Source of the DNA: an uncultured delta proteobacterium
GTDB lineage: Bacteria > Myxococcota > Myxococcia > Myxococcales > Anaeromyxobacteraceae
NCBI GenBank assembly: GCA_963828255.1
Contig: CAWHDZ010000007.1
Coordinates: forward strand, 96,001 to 160,000
Direction of reading: 5' to 3'
Length of the DNA stretch: 64,000 bases
Part shown: one piece after another, positions 1 to 12,425 of the stretch
How positions within the stretch are numbered: position 1 is the stretch's first letter
Layout of the letters: every line of letters begins with the position of its first letter
Translations under genes and position numbers: made by a program
The notes under the pieces: model-generated
What the model saw: the letters and a program-made list of their open reading frames with translations, nothing else
Told to the model about the DNA's origin: nothing
The model's database searches: none

Positions 1-184
1 CCGGGGCGTAGTAGATCCCGGCGTGGAGCACGCCCGAGTTGCGCCCCGACGCGTGGCGCCCGAGCCCCGCCTCCTTCTCCAGGACGAGGATGTCGCGTGC
101 GCCCCGGGAGGCAAGCTCCCGTGCGATCGAGAGCCCCACGATCCCGGCTCCCACGATCACCACGTCGGCCCGCTCGGCGGTCAT
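1..184 (-). CDS. lhgO: L-2-hydroxyglutarate oxidase-like FAD oxidoreductase (5' part, runs off window)
   Basis: Manual translation [25 protein letters not shown]...VLEKE...[18 protein letters not shown]; GxGxxG and [14 protein letters not shown] motifs. Confidence 0.8.
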   Translation of the reverse strand, partial: MTAERADVVIVGAGIVGLSIARELASRGARDILVLEKEAGLGRHASGRNSGVLHAGIYYAP

Positions 185-250
185 CGGGGGATGCTAGCCG
201 AGCGCCGGCGGAACCGTTACAAGGAATCTCCCCTTGAGCCGGAGGTTCCC

Positions 251-1273
251 GTGTTCCGAGCGATCCTCGTCGAGAAGAGCGAGTCCGGGCAGTCCGTGCG
301 CGTGGCCGAGGTGGAGGAGTCGGCGCTTCCTCCGGGAGACGTCACGGTCCGGGTCGAGCGCTCCACCATCAACTACAAGGACGCGCTCGCCATCACCGGC
401 AAGGCCCCGGTCATCCGCAAGTTCCCCATGGTCCCGGGCATCGACGGGGCAGGGGAGGTGGTCGAGTCCGCACACGCCGCCTTCAAGGCCGGGGACCGGG
501 TGCTGGTGAACGGCTTCGGCGTGGGGGAGAACCACTGGGGCTGCCTGGCCGGAACGGCGCGCCTCGACGGGAACTGGCTCCTCGCCGTCCCGGCCCCCTT
601 CACCTTCACGCAGGCCATGGCCATCGGGACCGCCGGCTACACCGCCATGCTCTGCGTGATGGCGCTGGAGCGGCACGGGGTGACGCCCGACAAGGGCGAG
701 GTGCTCGTCACCGGCGCCGCCGGCGGAGTGGGGAGCGTGGCCATCGCGCTGCTCTCGAAGCTCGGCTTCAAGGTCGTCGCCTCGACAGGGCGCGCCTCCG
801 AGGCCCCGTACCTCACCGCGCTCGGCGCCGCCGAGGTGATCGACCGGGCCGCCCTCTCCGCGCCCGGAAAGCCCTTGCAGAAGGAGCGCTGGGCCGGGGT
901 GGTGGACTCGGTGGGCAGCCACACGCTGGCGAACGCCTGCGCCTCCACCCGCTACGGCGGGACGGTGGCCGCCTGCGGCCTCGCCGGCGGCATGGACCTG
1001 CCCGCCTCGGTGGCCCCCTTCATCCTGCGGGGCGTGACGCTCGCCGGGGTGGACAGCGTGATGGCGCCCATGGCGTTGCGACGGGAAGCCTGGCAGCGGC
1101 TGGCGCGCGACCTGGACCCGGTCCGGCTCGCCGCGATGACCCGCGAGATCCCGCTCGCCGAGGCCATCCCGGCGGCCGCCGACCTGCTCGCGGGCAAGGT
1201 CCGCGGCCGGGTCGTCGTGGACACGGGACACGACGAGGCCCTGAGGGAGCGGGGGCCAGCACCCCATCCGTGA
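251..1273 (+). CDS. acuI: YhdH/AcuI-family MDR oxidoreductase (acryloyl-CoA reductase-like)
   Basis: [37 protein letters not shown] motifs; GTG start after GGAGG. Confidence 0.85.
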   Translation: MFRAILVEKSESGQSVRVAEVEESALPPGDVTVRVERSTINYKDALAITGKAPVIRKFPMVPGIDGAGEVVESAHAAFKAGDRVLVNGFGVGENHWGCLAGTARLDGNWLLAVPAPFTFTQAMAIGTAGYTAMLCVMALERHGVTPDKGEVLVTGAAGGVGSVAIALLSKLGFKVVASTGRASEAPYLTALGAAEVIDRAALSAPGKPLQKERWAGVVDSVGSHTLANACASTRYGGTVAACGLAGGMDLPASVAPFILRGVTLAGVDSVMAPMALRREAWQRLARDLDPVRLAAMTREIPLAEAIPAAADLLAGKVRGRVVVDTGHDEALRERGPAPHP

Positions 1274-1361
1274 CGCGATGTGCCAGGAATATCATGCGCT
1301 TCTCCGTAAAATCGCGTTGACGAGTCCATTTCGGGCGGACAAATAGACGCGAGCCACCTCC

Positions 1362-2192
1362 ATGTCACCGCACCCGAAACGCGCGCTCGCACTCCTGGCG
1401 CTTGTCGCCGCCGTTCCCGCGGCTGGCCAGACCACCGACCTCCTCAAGCGCGAGGTGGCTGCCATCGGCGTGGTGGAGCGGCTCGGCGCGCCGGTCCCGC
1501 TCACCGGCGCCTTCACCGATTCGGAGGGGCGGGACGTCAAGCTTGCAGACCGGGCGGGGCGCCCGCTGCTCCTCTCCTTCAACTACACGGCTTGCCCGCG
1601 CCTCTGCGGCCTGCAACTCGGCGGGCTCGCCCGCGGCCTCAAGGAGGCCGCCTGGACCGGCGAGGGCTTCGACGTCGTCACCGTCAGCATCGACCCGGGC
1701 GAGAAGCGCGAGCAGATGGCCCGCTACAAGGTGGCCATGGTCCGGGAGGCCGGAGGCGACGCCGGCGTGGCGCGGGCCTGGGGGTTCCTGCGCGGCGACC
1801 GGGCCGACGTGGACGCGCTGGCCGACGCGGTGGGTTTCAAGTACCGCTACGACGAGAAGACCGGCGAGTACCAGCACCAGGCCACGCTCGTCGTCATCAC
1901 CCCCGACGGCCGGGTGAGCGGCTACCTGCACGGCATCACCTACGCGCCGGGCGCGCTGCGCGCGGCGGTGGAACGGGCCGCCTCCGGGGCGGTGGCGACC
2001 GCGGCGGAGCAGCGCAGCCTGGGCGGGTTCCTCCTCACCTGCATGGGCTTCGACCCCGCCGACCCCGCCCCGCTGGCGCTCAAGGTCATGCGCTCCGGAG
2101 GGGTCCTGGCGATGATCTTCCTCGTCTCCTTCCTCGGCTACCAGGCCTACCGCGACGTGCGGCGGCGCAGAACGGAGAACCACACCACATGA
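1362..2192 (+). CDS. SCO/SenC copper chaperone
   Basis: Signal peptide, CxxxC (CPRLC), conserved His, C-terminal TM helix; directly upstream of cox genes. Confidence 0.85.
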   Translation: MSPHPKRALALLALVAAVPAAGQTTDLLKREVAAIGVVERLGAPVPLTGAFTDSEGRDVKLADRAGRPLLLSFNYTACPRLCGLQLGGLARGLKEAAWTGEGFDVVTVSIDPGEKREQMARYKVAMVREAGGDAGVARAWGFLRGDRADVDALADAVGFKYRYDEKTGEYQHQATLVVITPDGRVSGYLHGITYAPGALRAAVERAASGAVATAAEQRSLGGFLLTCMGFDPADPAPLALKVMRSGGVLAMIFLVSFLGYQAYRDVRRRRTENHTT

Positions 2193-3165
2193 TCCGACTC
2201 CCCGACCTGCTGGCCGGCAGCCTGATCGCCGCCGGCCCCGGCTACATGCCCGAGCGCGCCTCCAGCGTCGCCGAGGGCGTGGATCAGGTGTTCGGCCTGC
2301 TCTTCTGGATCTCGGCCTTCTTCATGGTGGTCATCGTCGGCTTCACGATCCTCTTCGTGATCCGCTACCGGGCGCGCCCGTCGCGCCCCGGCCCGGAGGC
2401 CTCACCGGACCACTCCACCCGGCTCGAGATCTTCTGGTCGGCCATCCCGCTGGCGCTGGTGTTCGTCATCTTCGCGGCGTCCACCAAGGTCTACTTCGCC
2501 ATGGTCGAGTCCGATCCCGGCTCCGCGCCGCAGCGGGTCCAGGTGACCGGGAGGAAGTGGTCCTGGTGGTTCGACCACGCCGGCGGCAAGGGCTCGAAGG
2601 AGCTCCACGTCGTCATGGGCAAGCCGGTCGAGCTGGTGCTGGCCGCCACCGACGTCATCCACTCGCTGTACGTGCCCGAGTTCCGGCTCAAGCAGGACGC
2701 CGTGCCCGGCCGCTTCACCAGGATGGTCTTCACCCCCACCGTGGCCGGGAGCTACCCCATCCTCTGCACCGAGTACTGCGGGACCAACCACTCCACCATG
2801 ACGTCGGTGGTGGTGGTCCACCCCGACCAGGCCTCCTTCGACGCCTGGGCGCTCGAGGGGAAGGGGGGAGACGAGACGCTCCTCGAGGTCGGCGTCCGGG
2901 TGTTCGGCGAGAAGGGCTGCTCGGCCTGCCACAGCACCGACGGGTCGGCCGGGGTCGGCCCCAGCGTGAAGGGGATCTGGGGCAAGGAGGAGAAGATCAC
3001 CACCGGCGCCACCATCCGCGTGGACGAGAACTACATCCGCGAGTCGATCGTGACGCCGGGGGCCAAGATCAGCGCCGGCTACGAGGACATGATGCCCCCC
3101 ATCCCGCTCGACGACCGGGAGATCCAGGGCATCGTGGCCTACATCCAGAGCCTGAAGGACGGACC

Positions 3166-3169
<4 letters not shown>
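2189..3169 (+). CDS. coxB: Cytochrome c oxidase subunit II with C-terminal cytochrome c (caa3 type)
   Basis: DVIHS, CuA motif [17 protein letters not shown] heme motif; ATGA overlap with SCO gene. Confidence 0.95.
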
Positions 3170-4802
<1,633 letters not shown>

Positions 4803-4806
<4 letters not shown>

Positions 4807-5519
4807 GCCACCACGCCACGGGCCAGGGGGCCTCGGGCGCCGCGGCGGCCCCGGAGGAGCGGTTCCTGGCCCACCACTTCCCCACCATGCAGGCCCAGTC
4901 CGACACCAGCAAGCTGGGGATCTGGCTCTTCCTGGGCAGCGAGGTGCTCTTCTTCAGCGGGCTCTTCGTGGCCTACGGGGTCTACCGGGCCAACCACTAC
5001 GCCCTCTTCCACTACGCCCACAACTTCCTCGACTGGCGCATGGGCGCGCTCAACACCGTGGTGCTGGTGGCGAGCAGCGTCTCGGCGGCCTGGTCGGTGC
5101 GCTGCGCCCAGCTGGGGCAGCGCCGCGGCCTCCGGATCTCGCTGCTGCTCACCCTCCTGCTGGCCGGCATGTTCCTGGTGGTGAAGTACTTCGAGTACAG
5201 CCACAAGCTCCACAACGGGGTGGCCTGGGGCGCCGCCTGCCACCCCTCGAAGGAGATCCTGGCCACGCTCCCGGCCGCGCTGCAGGGCGTGCCGCCGCCC
5301 AGGGACCTGGGCACCTTCTTCAGCATCTACTACCTCATGACCGGACTGCACGGCATCCACGTGCTCGTCGGCATGGGGCTCTACGTCTGGCTCATCCGGC
5401 GCGCCGGCCGGGGCGACTTCGGCCCGGGCTACTACGTCCCGGTCGACTCGGTGGCCCTCTACTGGCACCTCGTCGACATGATCTGGATCTTCCTCTTCCC
5501 GCTCCTCTACCTCATCTGA
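4803..5519 (+). CDS. coxC: Cytochrome c oxidase subunit III
   Basis: [38 protein letters not shown]. Confidence 0.95.
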
Positions 5520-5530
5520 TCGGAGCCGCC

Positions 5531-5893
5531 GTGACCGAGCACTCCCGTTCCACCGCCGCATCCCCGCAGCCCGGGGCCCACGTCATGCCCCCGTCGGTCC
5601 TCCTGGGCACCGCGGCTGCGCTCATGGTCCTCACGGTGCTCACCGTGGCCACCTCCCGCATCGACCTGGGGCAGTGGAACGTGGTGCTGGCGCTGGCCAT
5701 CGCATCCACCAAGGCCGCGCTGGTGGCGCTCTTCTTCATGCACCTCAAGTACGAGAACCGCTTCCAGCTCGTGGTGCTGGTCTCGGCGGCGGTCTTCGCC
5801 GCCCTCTTCGTGGCCTTCGTGATGTTCGACACCATCCAGTACCAGCCCGACATCCGGGCCGCCGAGACCCAGGTCCAGCCAAAGGGGTCATGA
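5531..5893 (+). CDS. coxD: Cytochrome c oxidase subunit IV family protein
   Basis: Three TM helices, KAALVALFFMHLKY motif. Confidence 0.9.
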   Translation: MTEHSRSTAASPQPGAHVMPPSVLLGTAAALMVLTVLTVATSRIDLGQWNVVLALAIASTKAALVALFFMHLKYENRFQLVVLVSAAVFAALFVAFVMFDTIQYQPDIRAAETQVQPKGS

Positions 5894-7344
5894 GGCGCCC
5901 GGCCGCAGCCCTGGCCCTGCTCTGGGCGCTGGCCGCGCCGGAGCCGGCGCGCGCCTACGAGGAGCGGGTCCACCAGCTCATCGGGGAGCGGGCGCTTCCC
6001 GCCACGCTCCCCCGCGACCTGGCGCGGGCCACGCAGGTGGACGTGGACGAGCTCCGCAGCGCCACCTGGCGCGCCGGCGCCGGCCACCCCGATCCCGCCG
6101 TGCGGGAGCGCTTCGTCGCCCGGTACCCGTCCGAGCGGCAGTTCGACGGCTGGACCTGGAAGGAGTTCCTCGGCCTCACCCCCGAGGCACGGGTGGTGGG
6201 TGTGGACGTCGTCCCGGATGGGCCGGCCGACGCGCGGCTGCTCCTCGCCCTGTCCTCCCGCTCCCCCGACGACGACAAGCGCAACGTCGAGCGCTTCGCC
6301 CACGACCCGGATCGCCGGGTGCGGAAGGACGCCGCGGGCAGGCCCCTGCCGCTCGACCCGGCCCAGCTCGACATGGGCGCCCTCACCGGCCTCTCCAGCC
6401 AGGCCTGGGCCCACTACGGCCTCCCCCGGATCGCCTTCTCCGATTCACCGGAGGTGTTGAAGACCGACCCCCGCCGCTGGGCCTGGCCGCCGACCGCGCA
6501 GGCCTTCGCGCCCGACATGGCCCAGGTGCACACCGACGTGGCGCTCGCCGCGGCCACGGCCGGCACGCCGGGCGGGCGGGCGCTGGCCCACGTCTGGCTC
6601 GGCGCGGCGCACCACTACGTCGAGGACGTGGCCAACCAGATCCACACCCTCCAGGCGGTCTACCCGTTCTTCAGGGACGCCAAGATCGAGAGCTGGAAGG
6701 AGAACGTCCTCTCCCTCTGGGGCTTCCTGCGCCCCCGCCCATCCTTCGAGGAGATCGGCCTCGGCATCATCAAGAACCACCACCTCTTCCTCGAGGACCT
6801 CTGGGGGGCGCGGGTCTTCGACGCAGCGGAGGGGAGGGTGTCCGTGCCCGGGGCGGTGGCCGGGCTCGAGGCGCTCGCCGCCGGCGACGGCGCGGAGGAG
6901 GCCGCCCTCGACGCCCTCCGGCTCGATCCGGCCGGCCCGTTCGCCCGGAGCATCACCGAGCAGCTCGTGGAGGTGTCGAGCCACGAGGGAGCCCAGGTCT
7001 ACCTGGCCGCGCGGGAGATCGCCCGGCCGCGCCTCTCGAAGGCCGGTCACGTCTACGAGCTGGGAACGGCCGACGCCGAGCTGCGCCCGGACGCCGACCC
7101 GGCGCAGCTGGCCCGCTTCTACGCGCTCGAGGCCCGGGGCTTCGCCCGTGCGGCCAGCGCCATCCGCCGCCACGTCCGGCTCTTCGACGAGGAGGTGGCC
7201 CGCGCCGGGCGCTCCGAGGCCGACCGGCTGGCGGTGAGGGAGTCGGCGCTCCGGCGGCTCGTGGCGGACCGGATGGCGGCCCGCGACGCCGAGGAGGCCA
7301 GGCTGGCCGCCTGGCTCGCCCGCAAGGGCGTCACGGCTCGCTGA
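5890..7344 (+). CDS. Secreted protein, zinc-dependent phospholipase C / S1-P1 nuclease-like
   Basis: Signal peptide then YEERVH; GAAHHYVEDVANQIH and HHLFLED resemble tri-zinc ligand motifs; ATGA overlap with coxD. Confidence 0.55.
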   Translation: MRRPAAALALLWALAAPEPARAYEERVHQLIGERALPATLPRDLARATQVDVDELRSATWRAGAGHPDPAVRERFVARYPSERQFDGWTWKEFLGLTPEARVVGVDVVPDGPADARLLLALSSRSPDDDKRNVERFAHDPDRRVRKDAAGRPLPLDPAQLDMGALTGLSSQAWAHYGLPRIAFSDSPEVLKTDPRRWAWPPTAQAFAPDMAQVHTDVALAAATAGTPGGRALAHVWLGAAHHYVEDVANQIHTLQAVYPFFRDAKIESWKENVLSLWGFLRPRPSFEEIGLGIIKNHHLFLEDLWGARVFDAAEGRVSVPGAVAGLEALAAGDGAEEAALDALRLDPAGPFARSITEQLVEVSSHEGAQVYLAAREIARPRLSKAGHVYELGTADAELRPDADPAQLARFYALEARGFARAASAIRRHVRLFDEEVARAGRSEADRLAVRESALRRLVADRMAARDAEEARLAAWLARKGVTAR

Positions 7345-8386
7345 AGGCCTTCCGCAGCCGTTCCGCCACCTCCTCGGGCCAGGCCATCGAGAACCGCTCG
7401 CCCAGCAGCATGTGCAGGTAGTTGGCGTCGGGGGTGTGGAGCACCGGGTCGATGTAGAGCCGGGGCAACAGCCGGGCCGAGAGGGCGTGCCGCCCGGACC
7501 GATCGCTCGACCGGTCGGGGACGAAGGTCAGGTTGAAGCTCCAGAGCCCGTTCGCGGCGAACCCGCGCAGGGCGCGCCGAAGCCCCGCGGCGAGGTCCGC
7601 CACGTCCCCGTCGTCGAGCGCGAGCACGCTCGACTTCCCAGGGATGACCGCCCGGCAGTCGCCGAGCACGCCGGTGGGGGCGAAGGGGACGTGCCAGGTC
7701 CAGCCCCCGGTCCTCCCCACCACGCGCCCGGCCGCCTCCTCGGCGGCGAGCAGGTCCTCGGCGAACGGGCGCCCGTGGGCTTCCATCCAGGCCGACTCGG
7801 CGGCCAGCTCGCGGCGGATGGCGTTTCCCGGCTCCGACGTGGCCACCACCTGCATGTGGGGGTGGAGCTGGGTGCCCCCGGCCGGCGGCATGTGGTTCCA
7901 GGTGACGATGCCGAAGAGGTCGCCGGCCATGCGGGGCAGCGTGGCGGCCAGGAAGTCGCGCGCCGTGGCCACCCCGGAGACCACGAGCGACTCGGGCACG
8001 TCGCCCATGGCCAGGTCGTGCAGGGCGGCGGGGACGAGCACCGCCGAGAGCTCGTCGTAGGGGAAGAGGTTGGGGAAGACCACCGCCTCGCCCCGCCGGA
8101 AGCGCCCGCCCGGGACCAGTTCCTCCGGGAAGCGGGGGGTGATGGTTTCCACCTTGCCCGGGCAGAACGGGCATCCGGGTCGCCGGGCCAGGGCGATGGC
8201 CGAGATGTCGGCGGGGGCCGCCGTGGGCAGGGAGAAGTGGCAGATCCGGGAGGACTCGCCCGTCAGCGGGTCGTACCGGATCTCGCTCTCGACGTCGGAG
8301 AGCGAGAACCCCTTGCGCGGGTCGTGCAACCGGGCGACTCTCGGCTCCCTCCGGAAGACGACCCTGCCTGACCCGCTCGGCGCCAT
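7331..8386 (-). CDS. Galactose-1-phosphate uridylyltransferase-like (HIT superfamily) protein
   Basis: RYDPLTG, CPFC, FPNLFPY, GGTQLHPHMQ. Confidence 0.75.
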   Translation of the reverse strand: MAPSGSGRVVFRREPRVARLHDPRKGFSLSDVESEIRYDPLTGESSRICHFSLPTAAPADISAIALARRPGCPFCPGKVETITPRFPEELVPGGRFRRGEAVVFPNLFPYDELSAVLVPAALHDLAMGDVPESLVVSGVATARDFLAATLPRMAGDLFGIVTWNHMPPAGGTQLHPHMQVVATSEPGNAIRRELAAESAWMEAHGRPFAEDLLAAEEAAGRVVGRTGGWTWHVPFAPTGVLGDCRAVIPGKSSVLALDDGDVADLAAGLRRALRGFAANGLWSFNLTFVPDRSSDRSGRHALSARLLPRLYIDPVLHTPDANYLHMLLGERFSMAWPEEVAERLRKAFSEP

Positions 8387-8492
8387 CCGGACCTCCGGTA
8401 CCCAAAAGGGTGCCAACGAAGCGTTAGCCAACCCGTGGGCATCAGCATTAGCTGAGGAACCACCACTTCAACAACCTCGCCGGGGAGTGAAC

Positions 8493-9017
8493 ATGGCCCA
8501 GAAGATCGATTTCGCGAAGCTGACCCTGAAGGACGCCCTGGACCTGGCGGTGCTGATCGAGGAGGAGGCCCGGGTCCGCTACGAGGAGTTCGCCCGGATG
8601 GTGGGCGGCCGCTACAAGGGGGACTCCGACGAGGTCTTCAAGAACATGGCGGTCTACGAGGGCAAGCACCGCGACGAGCTCAAGGCCCGGCGCCAGACGC
8701 TCTTCGGCAGCGCGCCGGTCACCGTGAGCATGGAGGGCCTCGACGACGTCGAGGCCCCCGACCGCGGCCAGCCCCGCGTCTTCATGTCGCCGCGGCAGGC
8801 CATGGAGGTGGCGCTGGTCTCGGAGGAGAAGGCCTGGAGCTACTTCGACGACGCCCTGAAGCACATCAAGGACGCCGACGTCCGCAAGCTCTTCGAGGAG
8901 CTGCGCGCCGAGGAGAAGCAGCACCAGGAGTACGTCAAGAAGGCCATGGCCACCCTCCCGCCCGGTCCGGACGTCGAGGAGGACGAGGCCGACGCGCCGG
9001 GGTCCGACGGCGGATAG
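8493..9017 (+). CDS. Rubrerythrin/ferritin-like di-iron protein
   Basis: LDLAVLIEEEA...EGKH and SEEKA...EEKQH repeated ExxH pattern. Confidence 0.8.
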   Translation: MAQKIDFAKLTLKDALDLAVLIEEEARVRYEEFARMVGGRYKGDSDEVFKNMAVYEGKHRDELKARRQTLFGSAPVTVSMEGLDDVEAPDRGQPRVFMSPRQAMEVALVSEEKAWSYFDDALKHIKDADVRKLFEELRAEEKQHQEYVKKAMATLPPGPDVEEDEADAPGSDGG

Positions 9018-9019
9018 CC

Positions 9020-9721
9020 TTGATCCGGTTCGTGCTCGTCCGGCCGCGGATCCCCGAGAACGTGGGGGCCGCGGCCCGGGTGCTGCGCAACTTCGGCCAC
9101 GCCGACTGGGTGCTCGTCGATCCCGAGCGGCTCGACCTGGACGTGGCCCGCCGCATGGCGGTGGGGGCCGAGGACCTGCTCGACGGGGTGCGGGTCGCCC
9201 CCTCGCTCGACCTGGCCGTCTCCGACTGCGCCTGGGTGGTGGGCACCGAGTCCCGCCGGTTGCGCGGGAGGCCGCCGCTCGAGCCCGAGGCGCTGGCCGC
9301 CGCAGCCCGGGAGAACGCGCCCCGGGGGACGACGGCGCTCGTCTTCGGTGGGGAGCGGGACGGCCTGCGTGCGGGGGAACTGGCCCGCTGCGACGCGCTC
9401 TCCCGGATCCCCTCCCGCGCCCCGCAGCCCTCCCTCAACCTGGCCCAGGCGGTTGCGGTCTACGCATTCGCGCTCCGCCCCGTCGCCAGGGAGGCCGCTC
9501 CTCCCCCGGGTGCGCCGGCCGCCGTCGCCGACGACGCCGAGATGCTCCGGGTCGAGGGGTCGCTGCGCGAGGCGCTCGCCGCGGGAGGGTTCATCCGGGG
9601 GCCGGAGCGGCACGCCGTGCGCGACCTCTCCCGGACGCTGCGCCGCGCGCGCCTCACCCGCAAGGAGTCGCGCCTCTGGATCGCCGCCCTGCGCCGTGTG
9701 GCGCGCAAGGAGAACGCGTGA
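9020..9721 (+). CDS. trmJ: TrmJ/TrmH-family RNA methyltransferase
   Basis: PENVGAAAR, LVFGGERDGL, SLNLAQAV SPOUT motifs. Confidence 0.8.
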   Translation: MIRFVLVRPRIPENVGAAARVLRNFGHADWVLVDPERLDLDVARRMAVGAEDLLDGVRVAPSLDLAVSDCAWVVGTESRRLRGRPPLEPEALAAAARENAPRGTTALVFGGERDGLRAGELARCDALSRIPSRAPQPSLNLAQAVAVYAFALRPVAREAAPPPGAPAAVADDAEMLRVEGSLREALAAGGFIRGPERHAVRDLSRTLRRARLTRKESRLWIAALRRVARKENA

Positions 9722-10587
9722 ACGACGCCCGGCCCCGCCGCAGCGCCCTCTACGTCCCCGGCGCCAACGCGCGCGCCCTCGAGAAGATCCCCGGGCTCGA
9801 CGCCGACGTGGTCATCGTGGACCTGGAGGACGCCGTCGCCCCTGCCGCCAAGGAGGATGCCCGTGCCGCGGCCGTGGCCGCCATCCGGCGCGGGTTGGGG
9901 AGAGCCGAGATCGTGCTGCGGGTGAACGGGGCGGGGACGCCCTGGGCGGAGGCCGACCTGGCCGCCGCCGCCTCGTCCGGCGCCGACGCGGTGCTCCTCC
10001 CCAAGGTGGACGGCCCCGACGTGGTTCGCGAGGCCGAGCGGCGCCTCGCGTCCGCCGGTGCGCCCGCATCGGTGGCGCTCTGGGCCATGATCGAGACGCC
10101 GCGCGGGGTGCTCCGCGCCCCCGAGGTGGCCCACGCGTCACCGCGGCTCGCCTGCCTGGTGGCCGGCACCTCGGATCTGGTCAAGGACCTGCGGGCCCGC
10201 CACACCCCCGGCCGCACCGAGGTGCTCCTGGCCCTCTCGACCATCGTCCTCTCGGCGCGGGCGTCGGGGCTGGCCGCGCTCGACGGCGTCCACCTCGACC
10301 TGGCCGACGACGCGGGACTGGCGGCGGCCTGCCGGCAGGGGCGGGACCTGGGATTCGACGGGAAGACCCTCATCCACCCCAGGACCATCGCCACCGCCAA
10401 CCTGGCCTTCACTCCAGGTGACGAGGAGGTGGATCTGGCCCGCCGGATCATCCGGGCCCACGCCGAGGCCGAGGCGGCCGGGCGGGGCGTGGTGGTGGTG
10501 GACGGCCGGCTCGTCGAATCGCTGCACGTCGCCGAGGCCCGCCGGGTGGTGGCGCTCGCGGCGGCGATCGCCGCCCGGCGCGGATAG
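9718..10587 (+). CDS. CitE/HpcH-family CoA ester lyase (malyl-CoA lyase/thioesterase-like)
   Basis: RRSALYVPG, DLEDAV, LPKV, MIETPRG, GFDGKTLIHP. Confidence 0.88.
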   Translation: MNDARPRRSALYVPGANARALEKIPGLDADVVIVDLEDAVAPAAKEDARAAAVAAIRRGLGRAEIVLRVNGAGTPWAEADLAAAASSGADAVLLPKVDGPDVVREAERRLASAGAPASVALWAMIETPRGVLRAPEVAHASPRLACLVAGTSDLVKDLRARHTPGRTEVLLALSTIVLSARASGLAALDGVHLDLADDAGLAAACRQGRDLGFDGKTLIHPRTIATANLAFTPGDEEVDLARRIIRAHAEAEAAGRGVVVVDGRLVESLHVAEARRVVALAAAIAARRG

Positions 10588-10596
10588 GATTCCCCG

Positions 10597-11223
10597 GTGG
10601 CCGTCCCCACCCTCGACGAGGTCCGCCGGGCCCTCTCCCGCCGCCCCCCGGAACTGCTCCCGGTGCGGCTTCCCCGCCAGGCGGCCGTGGCCATCGTCCT
10701 GCGCCAGCCACCCTCCGGCCTGGAGGTGCTCTTCATCCGGCGCGCCGAGCGGGAGGGGGACCTCTGGTCCGGCCACGTGGCCTTTCCCGGCGGCGGGGTC
10801 GAGCCGGGGGAGGGGATCGAGGAGGCGGCGGTCCGGGAGACCGGGGAGGAGGTCGGGATCGACCTGCGCTCCCTCGCGGTCCGGCTCGGAGCCCTAGACG
10901 AGATCCAGGCCATCGGGCGGGGCAGGGCGGTCGGGCTCTCCATCCAGCCATGGGTCTGGGCGCTCCACCGGGAGCCCGGGCCGTTCCGCCTGTCGGACGA
11001 GGTGGCGAGCGCCCACTGGGTGAGGCTCGCCGACCTGCTCGACCCGGCGCGGCGGGCCCCCTTCCCCTACGTCCACGAGGGGGTGCAGCTCGTCCTCCCC
11101 AGCCTCGACGTGGACGGGCTCGTCATCTGGGGGCTGACCTACCGAATGCTTTCGACCTTCGCCGGGATGCTCGGCGATCCGGGTTTCACTCCGGGAGAAG
11201 CTCGAGGATCCAGGTCTTCATGA
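10597..11223 (+). CDS. Nudix CoA pyrophosphatase
   Basis: WSGHVAFPGG, AAVRETGEEVG Nudix box, IWGLT. Confidence 0.88.
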   Translation: MAVPTLDEVRRALSRRPPELLPVRLPRQAAVAIVLRQPPSGLEVLFIRRAEREGDLWSGHVAFPGGGVEPGEGIEEAAVRETGEEVGIDLRSLAVRLGALDEIQAIGRGRAVGLSIQPWVWALHREPGPFRLSDEVASAHWVRLADLLDPARRAPFPYVHEGVQLVLPSLDVDGLVIWGLTYRMLSTFAGMLGDPGFTPGEARGSRSS

Positions 11224-11833
11224 GCAGCCGGTCCTCGATGGCGGTGGAGGTGGGCACGTCATGGGAGCCCCGGTCCTTCACCCCCTGCTGCGGCGAGTAG
11301 AGCCGCCCCGGGTCCCCGGCCAGGACCCGGATGCCGCGGCCAGCCAGGGTCCGGCCCCAGACCAGGAAGCGCTCGGCCATGTCCCGCTGGTAGAAGACGT
11401 CGCCGGCCAGCACCACGTCCACGGCCGGCAACTCCGTCCCCAGGGGCGATCGGGCCTGGAACTCCACCCTCACGCCGTTGTGCGCGGTGTTGAGCCGGAC
11501 GGCCGCCTCGCAGAACGGGTCCACGTCGAAGGCCACCACGCGGGATGCCCCGGCCTTCGAGGCCGCGATGGCCACCAGGCCGCTCCCGGTGCCGAAGTCG
11601 GCGACGCGGAGCCCGGCCACCAGCTCCGGGTGGTCGAGGACGTGCCGGGCGAGGGCCTGCCCCCCGGCCCACGGGAAGGCCCAGAACGGCGAGTCGTCCC
11701 ACTTCTCCAGATCCGCGGCCGTGGCCCGCCACAGCTCGGTCATCTCGGCGGCCTGGTAGAGCTCGATCTCCGGCACGAGCGGCACGCGGGTGAGGGCGGT
11801 GCGGCTCCGGATGAAGTCCATGTAACGGAGCAT
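11186..11833 (-). CDS. SAM-dependent protein lysine methyltransferase (PrmA/ETFB-KMT-like)
   Basis: PFWAFPWAGGQALAR, DFGTGSGLVAIAA, AGDVFY, GDPGR; start uncertain. Confidence 0.8.
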   Translation of the reverse strand: MLRYMDFIRSRTALTRVPLVPEIELYQAAEMTELWRATAADLEKWDDSPFWAFPWAGGQALARHVLDHPELVAGLRVADFGTGSGLVAIAASKAGASRVVAFDVDPFCEAAVRLNTAHNGVRVEFQARSPLGTELPAVDVVLAGDVFYQRDMAERFLVWGRTLAGRGIRVLAGDPGRLYSPQQGVKDRGSHDVPTSTAIEDRLLMKTWILELLPE

Positions 11834-11955
11834 GGACTCCCCCTCTCCGGCAGGCGGGAGCCCGGCTGCGTCGGCCTTCGCGGAGAGGTGCATGCGCCCA
11901 CCTTCGACCCTTCGGGCGGCACACTCAAGCCCCCCCTCTCGATTAGACTTCCGGC

Positions 11956-12417
11956 ATGAGGCGCCTCGTCTCCCCGTCCCGCCTGCTCGCGCTGGCGCTC
12001 TGCGTGGCCCCCCTGCGCGCGCAGGCCGACGACCTGTACCCGACCATCGCCGACGACCAGGACCACCTGTGCGAGACCATCGCCAGGTCGGCGCCCGCGC
12101 TGGTGCCACCCCGGGACCGGGACTGGTTCAAGGCGACCTGCACCTGCGACGAGGCCAGGATCTGCGGGCGCGCCGGGTCGAGGAGGTACGCGGCGCGGCT
12201 CGCGGCCGGGCCGCGCGAGGCCCAGGCGCAGAAGGAGGCCGCCGCGAAGGAGAGGGCGTGGCGGCAGTCGGCGCTGCAGTCCACCGAGGGGCTCCGGCAG
12301 GTGTACCGGGCCTGCCGCGACACGAAGAGGAACTGCGAGACCCAGATGTCCGCGCTCGAGGAGGGCTGCAGGCTGGTGGGACTCCTGACCTGGGACGAGT
12401 GCCTGGCGCGGGAGTAG
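11956..12417 (+). CDS. Hypothetical secreted Cys-rich protein
   Basis: Signal peptide, several Cys, GC3-biased codons. Confidence 0.6.
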   Translation: MRRLVSPSRLLALALCVAPLRAQADDLYPTIADDQDHLCETIARSAPALVPPRDRDWFKATCTCDEARICGRAGSRRYAARLAAGPREAQAQKEAAAKERAWRQSALQSTEGLRQVYRACRDTKRNCETQMSALEEGCRLVGLLTWDECLARE

Positions 12418-12425
12418 GGGCGCTA

